A stretch of 64,000 nt of DNA, from NCBI GenBank assembly GCA_041485285.1, contig JBGPJF010000001.1:17669-81668 (forward strand). Direction: 5' to 3'. Below are positions 17,399-26,564 of this stretch, in pieces. The first letter of the stretch is position 1. Each line of letters begins with the position of its first letter. Under the pieces are notes generated by a model. It was given only the letters and a program-made list of their open reading frames with translations. It searched no databases and was not told where the DNA came from. A program made the position numbers and the translations under genes. The DNA comes from Thermoplasmata archaeon. GTDB taxonomy: Archaea; Thermoplasmatota; DTKX01; DATEUP01.

Positions 17399-20311
17399 CT
17401 ACTCCTCGTCCGGCTTCTTCGGCTTGCGCATCCGCATGACTAGCACCACCGCCGCCCCTGCAACGGCCGCCCCGACGACGATCCAAATGATTGTGCTTCC
17501 CACGGGTGCGCTTGCCACCGCCGGCTCGGTCGCGGTGATCCGCAGCGTCTGGGTCTGCGAGTTGTTCGCCGCGTCCTTCACCGTGAGCTTGACCGTGTGC
17601 TGGCCCGCGGAATCCACGCGCCAGGCGACGTTGCTGTGGTTGCCGGCCGGGTGGTCGTCGATGGTCCAAAGGTACTCGACAATGCCAAGGTCATCCTCGG
17701 AGCCCGACGCGTCGAGCGCCACCGATGACCCCACGATGTAATCGCCGGCCGCCTCGATGCGCGCCACCGGCGGAGCCCCGTCGAGCACCGAGATTGTCAG
17801 CGGGGCGCTGGCGCTGCCGAGCGTCCCGCCGTTCAGCGCCCCGTCGATCGTGTAGAAGTACACCTCGATGGCCCGCCCGTCGTGCGCCGTCGTGAGGCCG
17901 AGCTCCGTAAGCGAGATTCCGAAGCGCGCCGTCTTCACGACCGCGCCGCCCCGCGAGTCGGGCACGAACTCCTCTTGGAGGAAGCTCGTTTCCCCGGCGT
18001 GGCGGAAGTACACGGTGAGGTTCCGCACATCCGACCGGTCGGAGGTCTCCACATGGAAGGTGAAGTCGGCCCCCGCGGTCGCGCGCAGCACCGGCTCAAT
18101 GATCCGGATGACCGGCGGGTCATTGTCGAGGACGCTCAGCTGGCGGCGCCCCGAATTGGCCGTGTTGCCTTCGGTGTCGGTGATGACAAAGAGGTACGCC
18201 ACGACTTGGGCCTCGGCGCCGACGGTGATGTTGGCCTCGAAGGCCCCCTTCCCGTACTCCGGCCATGGCGTGAGCAACACCTCGACGGTGACCCCGCCAT
18301 CTTCCTGGACTTGCGCCAGGGCGCCGGTGACTGCGATGTTGTCGCGCGCGATGAGGCCCAGGTGGAACCGGTCGCCCTGCGCGGCTTGGCGGTCGCTGAG
18401 GTCGGCCACCAGCTCGGGCGGCTCGCGGTCGAGCACCGGCTGGACGCGGGTGGGGGTCTCGACCGAGTTGCCGGCCGCGTCGCTGGCGTTGAACGCGTAC
18501 TCGACGGCCACGGTGTTGTGGCTGAGGGGGAACGTCGTCGAGAAGCTGCTGAGGCCCGGCGGCGGGGCTCCGAAGGTGAAGTCCGACCATGGGCCCTCGC
18601 TGTTGACCGCCAGTTCGCGCCAAGTAACGCGGACCGTGGGGGCACCGCGCGCGTCGGTGGCCACGGTGCCAAGCAGGATGCGCCCGCCCGCAGTGCCCGG
18701 CTGCGACAGGTCGGCGCCAAACTGCGGGGCGCCGAGGTCGGCCAGGTCGATGACCGTCATGCAGAGCGAGCCGCCGTTTCCGGTAACATCCGTGCCGCGC
18801 ACCTCGATGCGGACGGTCTCATTTTCCTCCGAGATGGCCGCTGTGAGCGAAAACGTGAGCGTCTTGTTGGCTCCTGCCGTGGCGGCGGCCGAAGCCGTGC
18901 AGTCGATGGCCAGCAACATCGAGGCCGTCCCCAGGCGGACGTTGTCGGTGACCGTCGCGGTCGCGGTGCCGAATTCACCACGGGAGCCAGTCCGCGTGAA
19001 CGTACAGGCGGTGACGGTCGGAGCGTCGTTGTCCGAGACCCGCACGATCCGCTGCGGGGCCGTGATGCCGTTTCCCGGCTGGCTAAGCGCGTAGAGCATC
19101 GTGCCTTCCCAGTCGGGGGGCACGGTGATGGTGAGCGTGTGACGGCCCGCGGCGAACACGAGGTCGCCCGACCCGGCGCGGCCCCCGAAGGCGTCCGAGT
19201 AGTCCACATGGACGGTGCTAGCACCCGTGGAGCGCACCGTGAAGGTCAGGGGGTCGCCCGTGGTGGCCGTGAGCGGGGTGAGGTCTTCGAAGAGGCGCTC
19301 GCCGCCGACCGACAGCAGGCGGACGGTCCCGTCCAAGTAGCCGACCGCGACGGTGCGCCCGTCCGGCGAGATGGCAAGGGCGCTCGAGTTGCCCGAGCCG
19401 CCGCCAAGGTGCAGCACCTCGAAGCCGACGAGGTCCTCGGTCTGGTTCGGCCGCGCCGAGGGCTCGGTTTCGAGGGTCACCATGCGTGAGCCGTCCGCGG
19501 TCCATGCGAAATTCTCCAGCCCCGAGGTGGTCGAGAGGTTAGCGAAGAGCGTCCAGTTGCGCACCTCCCACACTTCGGCGCGCGAGCCGCCGAGTTGGAC
19601 GGCGAGGAAGCGCCCGCGGCCCTCGAAGGCGACGTTGTCCATGTCGGGGCCGACCCACCGCCACCCCAGCGACTTGCCCCAGGACTTGGCGTCGAAGAGC
19701 GCGACGATGGCGCCGGAGGGCGACAGCGCCTGCTGGCCCACCGCGATGAAGTCCGAGTCGTGCGACCACGAGAGGCCGGCGGGCTGCGAGCCGCCGTAGT
19801 CGAGCGGGATCGTGGCGTTGAGGTAGCCGTTCTCGCCCCAGAAGATGAGCACGGAGTGGACGATGCCGGCCGCGAGGAACTTGCCGTCGGGCGACCAGGC
19901 GACGCCACGCACGTCGTAGTTGAGGCCGCTCTTGGCCCAGGCGTTCGTGCCGCCCGGGATGCGCCACACCGACACGGCGCCTCCCTCGTAGCCCACGCCG
20001 ACCTTGTCGGAGTTCGGGCCCCACGAGATCGAGGAGACCGCGATCCAGTTGGGCTGGGTCGTGATGTTGATTTCGAAGGCGAGCGACGTCGCGTTGAGGA
20101 TCTGCACGGGGCCGCCGTCGATGGCGATGGCCAGGTGCTTGCCGTCGGGGGAGTAGGACACGTCGTCGATGGTGCCGTTGTTGGCCCAACTGGTCAGTTC
20201 CGTAACGGGCACGGCGGCCTGGGGGGTCAGGGAGGCTGTGGCACCCGGGGCCAACGCGGCGAGGGGGAGCGCGAAGGCCAGCGCTACCGCAAGTGCGATT
20301 GCTTTTCGCAT
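17399..20311 (-). CDS. Large secreted, C-terminally TM-anchored surface protein with N-terminal WD40-like propeller repeats, followed by Ig/PKD-like domains
   Basis: Signal peptide MRKAIALAVALAFALPLAALAPGATA. Repeated ...SPDGK.LA..DG.V.IW... blades. C-terminal TM STIIWIVVGAAVAGAAVVLV plus a basic tail RMRKPKKPDEE. Many N-x-S/T sequons. Confidence 0.75.
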   Translation of the reverse strand: MRKAIALAVALAFALPLAALAPGATASLTPQAAVPVTELTSWANNGTIDDVSYSPDGKHLAIAIDGGPVQILNATSLAFEINITTQPNWIAVSSISWGPNSDKVGVGYEGGAVSVWRIPGGTNAWAKSGLNYDVRGVAWSPDGKFLAAGIVHSVLIFWGENGYLNATIPLDYGGSQPAGLSWSHDSDFIAVGQQALSPSGAIVALFDAKSWGKSLGWRWVGPDMDNVAFEGRGRFLAVQLGGSRAEVWEVRNWTLFANLSTTSGLENFAWTADGSRMVTLETEPSARPNQTEDLVGFEVLHLGGGSGNSSALAISPDGRTVAVGYLDGTVRLLSVGGERLFEDLTPLTATTGDPLTFTVRSTGASTVHVDYSDAFGGRAGSGDLVFAAGRHTLTITVPPDWEGTMLYALSQPGNGITAPQRIVRVSDNDAPTVTACTFTRTGSRGEFGTATATVTDNVRLGTASMLLAIDCTASAAATAGANKTLTFSLTAAISEENETVRIEVRGTDVTGNGGSLCMTVIDLADLGAPQFGADLSQPGTAGGRILLGTVATDARGAPTVRVTWRELAVNSEGPWSDFTFGAPPPGLSSFSTTFPLSHNTVAVEYAFNASDAAGNSVETPTRVQPVLDREPPELVADLSDRQAAQGDRFHLGLIARDNIAVTGALAQVQEDGGVTVEVLLTPWPEYGKGAFEANITVGAEAQVVAYLFVITDTEGNTANSGRRQLSVLDNDPPVIRIIEPVLRATAGADFTFHVETSDRSDVRNLTVYFRHAGETSFLQEEFVPDSRGGAVVKTARFGISLTELGLTTAHDGRAIEVYFYTIDGALNGGTLGSASAPLTISVLDGAPPVARIEAAGDYIVGSSVALDASGSEDDLGIVEYLWTIDDHPAGNHSNVAWRVDSAGQHTVKLTVKDAANNSQTQTLRITATEPAVASAPVGSTIIWIVVGAAVAGAAVVLVMRMRKPKKPDEE

Positions 20312-20368
20312 GGGGGGTCGTCCGGCTTGATACGATCGATCTGGATGTATATTTGAGCGTTCTCAAAC

Positions 20369-22807
20369 GTGCCTCGAAGTCGCAAGCGGGGGCGGTTAGT
20401 GTGGGCCTCTTCCGTCCATTATCGGCCTGACGTTGGGCGAATGTTTATCACGCCTGCCCCCGAAACGGTGCCGAGTGGGGAAATGGTCCGCACTCCCCGA
20501 TGTCGAAAGCGCGTGTGGCGGGCCCTTTGGATTTCCGCCTTGCTTGTGGTTCCGCCCGTGGCCCTTGCGCCGAGTGCGGCCGCCATCGAAGCGCCGTTCC
20601 CCTGGACGCCCGTGGGGCGCGCGGACACCAGCAGCAACACCAGCCAGACGATGTTCGCCGATGTCGAGGTCGATGCTCGCGGCAATGCGTTCGCGGTGTG
20701 GCAACAGGAAGGCGACGACATGCCGACGAATTACTACTTCACATGGGGCCGCGCGCTCAACCGGACCTCGGGCCTTGGCCCGCCCATTAACTTCAGCGAG
20801 CCCGGGGCGGAGATGGAGTGGTATCCAGACCTCGCCATGGACCCTGGCGGGAATGCGACCGCATCCGCCTGGATGGGGACGGGCGGCAACGCCATGTTTC
20901 GTCGCTGTCCGCCTGCGTCTCCCTGCGAAAACGCAACGGCAATCCCTGCACCCGGTACCAACTGGGGAGCCGTGCGATTGGGGGCTGACGACTCCGGTGC
21001 TGTATTGGCCGTGTGGCCCGCTTTTGTTTCTACCGAGGATCACATCTACTCCAGCCGGTACGTGCCTGGCGCCGGATGGAGCAGCGTCGTGCGCATTGAT
21101 TCGCTTGGAGCTGACAGCACCTACCCGCAGCTCTCCGTGGCGCCTACCGGGAACGCCACCGCCGTGTGGATGCGGGCGGGGCAGTTTGGAGGCAACAAGA
21201 TGTGGGCCAACGAGTTCACCGTCGGCGGCGGCTGGGGCACTCCCGTTCAGGTGGGCACGACAGGCGGCTGGCAGGTAACGGTGGTCCGCGACCGCAACGA
21301 CAACTCGACCGTGGTGTGGCGAACGTACGATGTCCCCAACGGCACCAAACTCTACGCTGTCCGCCGCGAAGCCGGAGGGCCGTGGAGCGCCGAGGCGGCG
21401 ATCGAGGCGAGCGGCGCCCAGGATTCGTACATCCCGACGCTAGGGGCCGACGATGCGGGCCATGCGATCGCGCTGTGGACAAAGGGCAGCGTGATCTGGT
21501 CGAACCGTTACACCGCCGGCACCGGGTGGGGACAAGCCGTGCGGATGTCTCCCAACGGCTCGTGGGACTCCGCGGGCGGTCCATCGCTCGCCGTGGCGCC
21601 ATCAGGGGAGGCCGTCGGGCTGTGGGGGATGTACAACAACACCTCCCGCGCGCTCGAGGTACACGTCTATCGCCCGGGCAGCGGCTGGGGCCCCGCGCAC
21701 TTCCTCCTCAACACGACCAGCTACTACCTGAGTGGCACCGACATCGCGATCAACCGAAACCTCCAGGGTGCCATGGTCTGGACGCAAGGCGACAACAACG
21801 ACTGGGACGTCTACATGGCGACTTTCGACCTCACGGCGATTGCCGTTGCGATCGACACGCCCGCCAGCGGCACGGTTGTCGGCACGCCGACGGTGCCGGT
21901 GACCGGCCACGCGACGACGGGGGCAAATGTGTCGGTCAACGGGATCCAAGTGGCCGTCGATGAGAACGGCGCGTTCAGCCTCGTCCTCCCGCTACTTGCG
22001 GGCGCAAACGACATCGTGGCGGTCGCGAGCGACGCGTTCGGCGCCGTCGCGACGGATTCCGTGTCGGTCACGTTCGATGACCCCATCCCGGGCCTGCGAG
22101 ACGATTTGAACGAAACGCGCGATGCGATCGACAACCTCTCGGCCGACCTCAACGCAACGCGCGATGCCCTGCAAGCGGCGCGCGATGCCCTCAACGCCAC
22201 CCTCGCTGAACTTGCGGCCGCACAGGCGGAAGTGGCGGCGGCACAAGCCCAGGTTGCCGATCTGCAGGCGCAGGTTGCGGGGCTCGAGGCCAACTTGTCG
22301 GACCTCCAAGGGCAATTGGACGGCGCTCGCGCCGACCTTTCCAACGTGACCGCTCAGCTCGACGCGGCGGTCACGCAACTTTCGGAGATCACCGACGCCT
22401 TCAACGCGGCGCAGGCCCAGCTGGCGGCGGCGAACGCCACGATCGCGGCGCTCGGGCTCCAGGTCAATGCCTCTCGGCTGCAGGTGGAGGCGCTGCAGCG
22501 CGACCTTGACGCGCGTGCAGCGGCTGACGCCGAGCTCCTCGAGGAACTGAACGAAACGCGGACCTCTCTGCGCGCAGCCAACGACCAATTGAACGGCACC
22601 AACGCGCGGCTCTCTGATTCGGAGGAGGCCCTCGCCTCGATGCGGGCTGCCCAGGCCGGGATGACCCTCCTGCTCATCCTCGTGGCACTGGGGCTCGTCG
22701 CCACGATGGTGGTGCTCCAGCTGCGGTCTGAGCGGGAAATGCGCAAAGTGGTCGAACGGATCGGGGGCGAGGACCAACGGGGACCGCGGCCGCCGCGGCG
22801 GGGCTGA
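20369..22807 (+). CDS. Surface protein with signal/TM, 8 Trp-containing ~50-aa repeats, an Ig-like domain, a ~250-aa coiled coil rich in N-x-T/S, a C-terminal TM anchor and a basic tail
   Basis: Repeats such as GNAFAVWQQ / GNATASAWMG / GAVLAVWPA / GNATAVWMRA / NSTVVWRTY / GHAIALWTKG / GEAVGLWGMY / GAMVWTQGD. Coiled coil ...LNATRDALQAARDALNATLAELAAAQAEVAAAQAQVADLQAQV.... TM MTLLLILVALGLVATMVVL. Start uncertain (GTG 20369 or ATG near 20480). Confidence 0.7.
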   Translation: MPRSRKRGRLVWASSVHYRPDVGRMFITPAPETVPSGEMVRTPRCRKRVWRALWISALLVVPPVALAPSAAAIEAPFPWTPVGRADTSSNTSQTMFADVEVDARGNAFAVWQQEGDDMPTNYYFTWGRALNRTSGLGPPINFSEPGAEMEWYPDLAMDPGGNATASAWMGTGGNAMFRRCPPASPCENATAIPAPGTNWGAVRLGADDSGAVLAVWPAFVSTEDHIYSSRYVPGAGWSSVVRIDSLGADSTYPQLSVAPTGNATAVWMRAGQFGGNKMWANEFTVGGGWGTPVQVGTTGGWQVTVVRDRNDNSTVVWRTYDVPNGTKLYAVRREAGGPWSAEAAIEASGAQDSYIPTLGADDAGHAIALWTKGSVIWSNRYTAGTGWGQAVRMSPNGSWDSAGGPSLAVAPSGEAVGLWGMYNNTSRALEVHVYRPGSGWGPAHFLLNTTSYYLSGTDIAINRNLQGAMVWTQGDNNDWDVYMATFDLTAIAVAIDTPASGTVVGTPTVPVTGHATTGANVSVNGIQVAVDENGAFSLVLPLLAGANDIVAVASDAFGAVATDSVSVTFDDPIPGLRDDLNETRDAIDNLSADLNATRDALQAARDALNATLAELAAAQAEVAAAQAQVADLQAQVAGLEANLSDLQGQLDGARADLSNVTAQLDAAVTQLSEITDAFNAAQAQLAAANATIAALGLQVNASRLQVEALQRDLDARAAADAELLEELNETRTSLRAANDQLNGTNARLSDSEEALASMRAAQAGMTLLLILVALGLVATMVVLQLRSEREMRKVVERIGGEDQRGPRPPRRG

Positions 22808-22836
22808 CGCGGGCGGAGAGAGGGGGCCAACGAGAG

Positions 22837-25167
22837 GTGCCGACATCCGGACTCCGGCGCGACGCACGCGCACCGCGCCGGCCCGAGGCCTTCCTGCTTG
22901 CGGGCCTTTTGCTCGCCACCCTCGGAACCTCGTGGCTCCCTACGGCCTCAGCGAGCCCCCCCGGCTGGTTTGGCTTGGGCGTCGTGGACGCCGTTAACGG
23001 CTTTGCGGCGAAGAACCCTTTCCTGGTTTTTGACTCCGACGGGGACGCCTTTGCGTTCTGGGACGAGCAGTGGACGCTCGACATCCCGAGTTACGAATAT
23101 GCATGGGGCGCATCGTTCAACCGGACGACCGGTTGGGGAACGCGCGAGAACCTGACGACGGCCGCGGCCGAGATCGACTGGATGGATGCCGCCGCCGCCT
23201 GCCCCGACGGCAGTGTCGTGGCGGTGGGCGAAGGCGACGGCGTCCAGGCGCGCGTTTTCACACGGGCGGCCGGCTGGGGCACTTCCACCCACATCGGACA
23301 TGACGGCGCGTACGGCGGGCCGGAGGTCGTCTGCGACTCCACGGGGGTCGCGACGGCGGTTTGGGGCGAGTACGACGACCCCTATTCGTACGTGATGGTG
23401 TCCCGCTACTACCCCGCTTCCGGGTGGACCACCAAGACACGGATCTCTATCGCGAACGAGGACAGCGAGGACCCCTCGATCGCAGTCGATGGGGCCGGCA
23501 ACGTGACGGTTGCGTTTCACTCGTTCCCGGCCGTAGCCCAGGGGGTGTACGTGAGCCGTTTTAACGAGAGCGCGGGGTGGAGCGGGGCGGGTCTCATCGG
23601 GCCGGATGGAAACCTTTTCAGTAGCCTGCCGCGCGTCGTCGCCGACGCTTCGGGGAATGCAACCGTCGTGTGGCCCGGGTTCCTTGCGGGCGTTAACGGT
23701 ACGACCCTCATCACGGTGCGGTACCGTCCAAGCTTCGGTTGGTCGCCGCCCTTCGGGCCAGACCTCAACAGTGCGCAACCCGGACGCGTGGTGGACCTTG
23801 GGATCGACGGCGGGGGCAATGTCATCGCGCTCTGGGCTGTGGGGGACGACGTCTACACGGCCCGCCTCCCACCGGTCGGACCCTGGGGGCCCGCCCAGAA
23901 ACTCACGCGGTGGCCGGACCTCGACACGCGGTGGCCCCACCTTGCCGTCGCAGGAAACGGCGATGCGGTTGCGGTGTGGTCGGCGTATTGGAACAACACT
24001 TCAGGCGTCGAGATGGCGCGTTTTGACCCGGCCACAGGTTGGGGGGCCGCTGAGTACCTGGTAGAGACGACACCTTGGCGCGCCTTTTACCCGCGGGTTG
24101 CCGTCGGCGGCGGGGGACGCTTCGGCGTCACATGGCACCAGGGGAGCCCTTCCGATGTGTGGGCCACTTTCTTCGCCCCCCAAGCTCCGACGATCGTCAT
24201 TTGGGAGCCGCAACCCGGGGCCACGACCGACGTCCCGCGCGTGCGGGTATCAGGGTCCGTGACGAACGCGGCCCGCGTGGCGGTAAACGGGCTGCTCGTG
24301 GACGTCCAGCCCAACGGCACCTTTTCGCTCGTGGTTGCGCTGTCCCCAGGGAACAACACGATTACCGGAACGGCCTGGGACGCGCTTGGCCATGCCGCGA
24401 TCGCGTCGGTGGTCGTCCGATTCGACGACCCCGTGCCCGGCCTGGGTGATGCCCTCGAAGCGGCGCGCGCCGACCTTGCCAACCTGTCCGCGACCTTGAA
24501 TCGCACTGCAGACAAGCTTGCGGCCGCCGAACGGCAACTTGACGCGGCGTCGCTCGCTCTCATCGAAACGCGGGCCGATCTGAACGCAACGGCTGCCGAA
24601 CTCGACGCGGCCGAAGCCCGGCTTGGGGGCGCTGAAGGGGCGGTCAACAACCTCACGGGCGAACTTGTGGCCGCGGCGGAGGAGCTTGCGCGGGTCTGGG
24701 ACTCGCTCAACGGAACCAAGGCATCCCTTGCAACCGCCGAATCGGCGCTCGGGGGGCTCGCGGACGGCTTGGCCGCGGCCAATGCCACCCTGGTGGAACT
24801 GCGCGCGAGCTTTGACGCCCAACTTGCCGAGATGCAGACCTTGCAGGCCGCCATCGCGGTGCGCGCGGCGGCCGAGCAGCGCCTGCTCGACGACCTGAGG
24901 GCCATAGGGGACGAACTCCGAGGGGCCCGCGCGCAACTCAACGAAAGGGATGCCCGCCTTCAGAGCACGGAGACCTCGATGCGCGCCCTCGAAACCGCGC
25001 AGGGCGGCTTCTTCGAGGTCCTGATTGCCATGGCGGCTGGCCTCATGGTCGCGATGGCCGCGCTCCACCGGCGCCACGAGCGGAAGATGCGCCAGCTGTT
25101 CAGCACCTTTGCGCAGCGGACCGGCCCGGCGGCCGAACGGCCGCCTCAGGCGCGAAGGGGCCGGTAG
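22837..25167 (+). CDS. Paralog of the preceding gene with the same architecture: signal peptide, W-repeats, Ig-like domain, sequon-rich coiled coil, C-terminal TM
   Basis: Signal MPTSGLRRDARAPRRPEAFLLAGLLLATLG. Repeats GVATAVWGEY / GNATVVWPGF / GNVIALWAVGDD / GDAVAVWSAYW. Coiled coil ...LANLSATLNRTADKLAAAERQLDAAS.... TM VLIAMAAGLMVAMAAL. Confidence 0.7.
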   Translation: MPTSGLRRDARAPRRPEAFLLAGLLLATLGTSWLPTASASPPGWFGLGVVDAVNGFAAKNPFLVFDSDGDAFAFWDEQWTLDIPSYEYAWGASFNRTTGWGTRENLTTAAAEIDWMDAAAACPDGSVVAVGEGDGVQARVFTRAAGWGTSTHIGHDGAYGGPEVVCDSTGVATAVWGEYDDPYSYVMVSRYYPASGWTTKTRISIANEDSEDPSIAVDGAGNVTVAFHSFPAVAQGVYVSRFNESAGWSGAGLIGPDGNLFSSLPRVVADASGNATVVWPGFLAGVNGTTLITVRYRPSFGWSPPFGPDLNSAQPGRVVDLGIDGGGNVIALWAVGDDVYTARLPPVGPWGPAQKLTRWPDLDTRWPHLAVAGNGDAVAVWSAYWNNTSGVEMARFDPATGWGAAEYLVETTPWRAFYPRVAVGGGGRFGVTWHQGSPSDVWATFFAPQAPTIVIWEPQPGATTDVPRVRVSGSVTNAARVAVNGLLVDVQPNGTFSLVVALSPGNNTITGTAWDALGHAAIASVVVRFDDPVPGLGDALEAARADLANLSATLNRTADKLAAAERQLDAASLALIETRADLNATAAELDAAEARLGGAEGAVNNLTGELVAAAEELARVWDSLNGTKASLATAESALGGLADGLAAANATLVELRASFDAQLAEMQTLQAAIAVRAAAEQRLLDDLRAIGDELRGARAQLNERDARLQSTETSMRALETAQGGFFEVLIAMAAGLMVAMAALHRRHERKMRQLFSTFAQRTGPAAERPPQARRGR

Positions 25168-25234
25168 CGGTAGAACACATGCGCGTAGGCCGGCCTGTGC
25201 GCGTTGGCGCCGGCCATCATGTGCGGTTGGCGAG

Positions 25235-25768
25235 TTAGCCGCCCCCGCGTGGGCGCTTCGACCGGCTTGGCGTTACAATGATCGATTCGCCGGACACCTG
25301 CGCTTCGAGGACGTCCCCCGGCCGGGCGTTGAGTTTCTTCGTTGCGCCGCGGGGCAGGCGAATCACGACCTCTCGATCCGCCTTCCGGACGAATCCCTTT
25401 GGCACTAACCACCTCATTCCATCCGGTACTTCCACCCATTCGCCCTCAGGCAGCGCGTCGATGTCCGCCATCGAGCGGATGCGAACCTTCCTCATCGAAC
25501 CCTCCTCCCTCGGTGTCGCAGTAGGTGCTTTTCGCTGAATGTAGCCCGGCGTGCCGTCACGAGCTCGAAGGCGCTGGGGTCTTGTGCCGACTCCTGGAGA
25601 ACCCTTGAAAAGAGTCTTTCCATGAGTTCTGCCAATGATGGTCAAGCGACCGGCCGCCCAGCGCTGATATTGCTTGGACACGAGGACGGCGTAGACCTCT
25701 TCCTTGCTCACGCCGTGTTTTGCGATGTGGTCCATCGCCCGTTCCGTCCAGATCAGGTGTCGGCGCAC
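25235..25768 (-). CDS. In-frame fusion of a BrnT/DUF497-like toxin domain (N-terminal, GTG start) and an AbrB/SpoVT-like swapped-hairpin domain (C-terminal; internal ATG at 25495)
   Basis: N-terminal MRRHLIWTERAMDHIAKHGVSKEEVYAVL matches the DUF497 pattern W...KHGVS.EE. C-terminal ...REVVIRLPRGATKKLNARPGDVLEAQVSGESIIVTP is AbrB-like. No stop separates the two parts, unlike the downstream paralogous pair. Confidence 0.45.
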   Translation of the reverse strand: MRRHLIWTERAMDHIAKHGVSKEEVYAVLVSKQYQRWAAGRLTIIGRTHGKTLFKGSPGVGTRPQRLRARDGTPGYIQRKAPTATPREEGSMRKVRIRSMADIDALPEGEWVEVPDGMRWLVPKGFVRKADREVVIRLPRGATKKLNARPGDVLEAQVSGESIIVTPSRSKRPRGGG

Positions 25769-25913
25769 GCTGGTGCGCCGCGGCCGAAGCTGATGAGGGT
25801 TCCCTGAGGGTAATCGCTCGCCGTGCGATTATTCCGTGTTGGCGCATCCCACGCAATCACTTCGAGGCCCGGTAGCGATCGAAAACGCGCCGGTCGTCCA
25901 GCAATTGCGCGGG

Positions 25914-26180
25914 TCAAGGCCGAGCGGTCTGCTTGGTCTTCTTGCGGGGCGAGCGTTGCACGACGACAGCGCCGGCCTTGATGCGTGCACGCAGCACCTC
26001 ACCCTCCTTGGCGCGGAATTTCTTCCGGACATTTGCGGGAAGGGGCACCACGAGCTCGCGGCCCCGTACGTGAACCTTTTCGTCCACCCAGCGGAATTTG
26101 AGCCCTCCGACGACCTCCACCCATTCGCCCTCAGGAATGGCTCCGAGTTCCTCGACTCCGGGGCGGTAGAGGCGCTTCAT
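25914..26180 (-). CDS. AbrB/SpoVT-like domain protein (putative antitoxin), paralog of the C-terminal part of the previous ORF
   Basis: MKRLYRPGVEELGAIPEGEWVEVVGGLKFRWVDEKVHVRGRELVVPLPANVRKKFRAKEGEVLRARIKAGAVVV. Its ATG overlaps the upstream toxin stop as ATGA. Confidence 0.5.
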   Translation of the reverse strand: MKRLYRPGVEELGAIPEGEWVEVVGGLKFRWVDEKVHVRGRELVVPLPANVRKKFRAKEGEVLRARIKAGAVVVQRSPRKKTKQTARP

Positions 26181-26455
26181 TGGACTCCCTTCCCACGGCG
26201 GAGCAATAAGGCTTTCTCGGAAGGGTCTGCGGGCCTGCAGGTTCCGATCAGAAGAAGATTCGAGTTTGGTTCGGTTCGATGGAGGAACATCACTAGGTAA
26301 CGGCCGCGAATCCGGCCGATGATCATCACGCCCCCGGCGTGATTCCGCCAATAGAACCGCCCTGATCGGAGCAAATCGTCCACATCGACCTTCGTGACCG
26401 CGTGGCGCGCGATGTGCTCCTCGCCTTCGAGCGTCCACGCGATGTCGAACCACAC
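26177..26455 (-). CDS. BrnT/DUF497-like toxin
   Basis: MWFDIAWTLEGEEHIARHAVTKVDVDDLL...RYLVMFLHRTEPNSNLLLIGTCRPADPSEKALLLRRGKG has the DUF497 organisation. Confidence 0.5.
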   Translation of the reverse strand: MWFDIAWTLEGEEHIARHAVTKVDVDDLLRSGRFYWRNHAGGVMIIGRIRGRYLVMFLHRTEPNSNLLLIGTCRPADPSEKALLLRRGKGVQ

Positions 26456-26564
26456 GGAGCGGCGTGACTGGGCGCCATCTTGAATCTCTCGTGATGACCA
26501 TCACTTGCTCGCTGATCAATCGTGGAGCCAAGCGCGAGCCAAGCGCGAAGGCGCCTGCATGGCG

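Noticed and set aside
15071-17669. 422-aa and 383-aa minus-strand ORFs
   Set aside because: Antisense to argH and to the TA pair, with R/G/D-rich composition typical of GC-rich non-coding frames.
17882-19489. 535-aa and 408-aa + ORFs
   Set aside because: Antisense to the 970-aa surface-protein gene, which has a signal peptide, propeller repeats and a TM anchor.
20369-25167. Possible CRISPR or dispersed nucleotide repeats in the surface-protein genes
   Set aside because: The repetition is at protein level (diverged coiled-coil heptads and ~50-aa repeats). No regularly spaced identical nucleotide repeats were seen anywhere in the window.
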